Position numbers and translations under genes: made by a program
Notes under the pieces: model-generated
Databases searched by the model: none
The model's input: only the letters and a program-made list of their open reading frames with translations
Told to the model about the DNA's origin: nothing
Origin: Ptychomitrium polyphyllum
Taxonomy: Eukaryota
DNA: 64,000 nt
Direction: 5' to 3'
Assembly: GCA_973851085.1 (NCBI GenBank)
Contig: OZ316776.1
Location: 12,648,001 to 12,712,000 of the forward strand
In this document: one piece after another, positions 62,167-64,000 of the stretch
Layout of the letters: the number at the start of each line of letters is the position of its first letter
Numbering within the stretch: the stretch's first letter is position 1

Positions 62167-62999
62167 CTGAGGGTGGAGTTGCGTAGATTTTGGTGGCGGG
62201 GCGTGGTTAGGGTTGAATGCGGGGGCAGGGCTGTGAGGGTTTGGGAGGGTGTGGATTGGGCTCCTCCTGTTTTCTCGTGGTGGATGGTGTTGTTTCGTTT
62301 AAGTTGCCAGTTTGTTTGGTTCCGATGTGAGTCAGTGTGCACGGGCAGCTTCGCTGTGGCCTGGTTCTTGCTTGCGTATGGTCTGTTTTCGTACCGCTGC
62401 TATGGCGAGGGTCTTGCATGTCGACGGAATGTTGGGCGTACTAGGTGCCGCAACGTCGTGAGCATGACCTGATGAAGGGATGTAGTGGAGGGGTGTAACC
62501 GTGCCTAGTTTAGATTAAATTATGGTCTATAATCTTCGAATATGATTTTGGGCATTGTGAACTTGCGATTGGTCTTTTGTTGAGCTCCATGCTCAAACTA
62601 AATTCAGCTTTTCTAGGAGCTCGCAATACAAGCGGTCTGAATTCAATGTAGTTATTGAAATTAGTTGTCAATTGTATGTCCTCGAATCAGTAATGACTAA
62701 AGAGTTATTACATTCGGGATCTCCTGATAAGTTTGACACGAGGGTCTTTTATGGAGCACCTCAGTGCCTTTTCGTAGCTTCGCTCTGACTCTCCGATCAC
62801 GGGTAGGTTAGAGATGACAGCGATGGTAGTCGAGTTTCAGAATTGGACACCTGTGGAACATGAACGATCATATAGGATTGTCGATATTCTGCATTTTCAT
62901 TTCGTATCCGAGTTTGTTTTCAGAGGTGCACCTTAGACAGGTGAGGTAAGGAGCCCTTACATCTCAGTGTAGGACTAGTTGCTGTGTTCATATCTGGCA

Positions 63000-63839
63000 T
63001 TAATGTCCAAGTGTGGGTGCGCTGTAATTGTTCCTCACTGCAAGATTCTGGAGTTCGTCCATCCGTTTAGCCCATTCCAATTTGGACGAGTGCTCCCTGA
63101 CATGCTTGTGCAAAACCACAAGCGTGTTGTACTCACAATTAGGGAACATGAAGAAGGGAAAGGTGTGGTGCAGACGGTGCAGAACATAACCGAAGCTCAG
63201 TTGGTCTCTGGGAGTAAATCTGTATACCTCGTTGAACCAGAGACATGAAAAGAGGTTGGTCATGGGGGTGTGCTCCCTCACAATGAGTGCTCCCTCTGGA
63301 ACATCTGCTTCTACCACAGAACACCACCAAAGGAAGGTTTATTGAGTTCTTGTCTAGGGTATAATTCTGCAACGTTAAGGAGCTTAACTAAGCAGTTTCA
63401 GAGAGTATTTGAACAAGGTTGCGGACGGATAGTACAAGGTTCTCGTTAACTCAATCACACACCCTACTGTCTCGTATTATTCTAGTTTGGCAGTACAATT
63501 TCCTTTGTGATAGTAATAACCAAATAAGAAATTGGTGTTGCTTGTCAAGTAGGTAATATGACATTGCGCACCTTGTGGAAAAGATGAGGTTGTCACCTGG
63601 TGCTTTGTTAGGAATTCACCAATTGGATAGAAATATGGTCTAGGTACGTACCGCTTTGTAGGGGGAGCTTAGCTTCGGACCAGGGCTGCAGGCCCTCGTT
63701 GCGGTAAACCTCCATGTGCTTCTTAATGAGAGGACGAGCATACCGCTTGCGTCTCTTGCATGCATCAGCTTCTTCGTACACACTTCGATGGTGCTTGTGC
63801 TGTGCAATGGCAAAAGACTCGTTCTTTCTCCACAAGTAC
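63000..63839 (-). CDS. DUF616 (TOD1/MUCI70-like) protein, last two exons (63839-63652, 63304-63000); 5' part lies beyond the window
   Basis: RYLWR..FAIAQHKHHRSVYEEADACKRRKRYARPLI...DVPEGALIVREHTPMTNLFSCLWFNEV..TPRDQLSFGYV..FMFPNCEYN..HVREHSSKLEW. Confidence 0.92.
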
Positions 63840-64000
63840 CTGCACTCAAGCTCAAACTCATTCACTTCATAATCATGGATACCAGATCACCTTGCAGACT
63901 CGGCAGAGAAAATTCCTCCTGTCTCTCGGCAAGAAGAATGTACAACCAAGTTATTTCAATTACAGAGTGTGAAACGAAGATCATATAGAGGATTGTACAC

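Noticed and set aside
63675..63695. Partial match to miR166 (TCGGACCAGG)
   Set aside because: Only 10 nt match, inside a coding exon, with no hairpin.

Overview
This is eukaryotic nuclear DNA from a land plant, most likely a moss. The evidence is spliceosomal introns, plastid-targeted genes, a cilia/flagella-type gene, and kinase and transposon relics resembling bryophyte families. I reconstructed 11 protein-coding genes by hand: plastid thioredoxin z (-), MPPE1/PGAP5-type metallophosphoesterase (+), Glo3/AGD8-10-type ARF-GAP (+), an intronless Mg-chelatase CHLD (+), a C3HC4 RING protein (-), a HEATR6-like ARM/HEAT protein with one premature TAA in its last exon (-), AKAP17A/ZCW7-like (-), a CFAP96/C4orf47-like flagellar protein (+), an NT-C2 coiled-coil protein (+), a DnaJ-type zinc-finger protein (+), and the 3' part of a DUF616 gene (-). 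Between them lie very AT-rich islands of heavily G:C->A:T-mutated transposons. These include the 3' end of a non-LTR retrotransposon encoding RNase H, a CCHC finger and a restriction-like endonuclease (Dualen/RandI-type architecture), and a decayed Ty1/copia with a candidate solo LTR. Also present are a possible SWIM/MULE-like relic, a truncated kinase pseudogene and several tandem duplications. I found no CRISPR array, rRNA or tRNA, and no demonstrably new multi-gene system. The best leads are the Dualen-like relic, the intronless CHLD, the HEATR6 nonsense codon with charge-reversed motifs, and the RING gene's repeated LxxL motifs and 3'UTR introns. Family assignments come from motif recognition and recall, not database searches.
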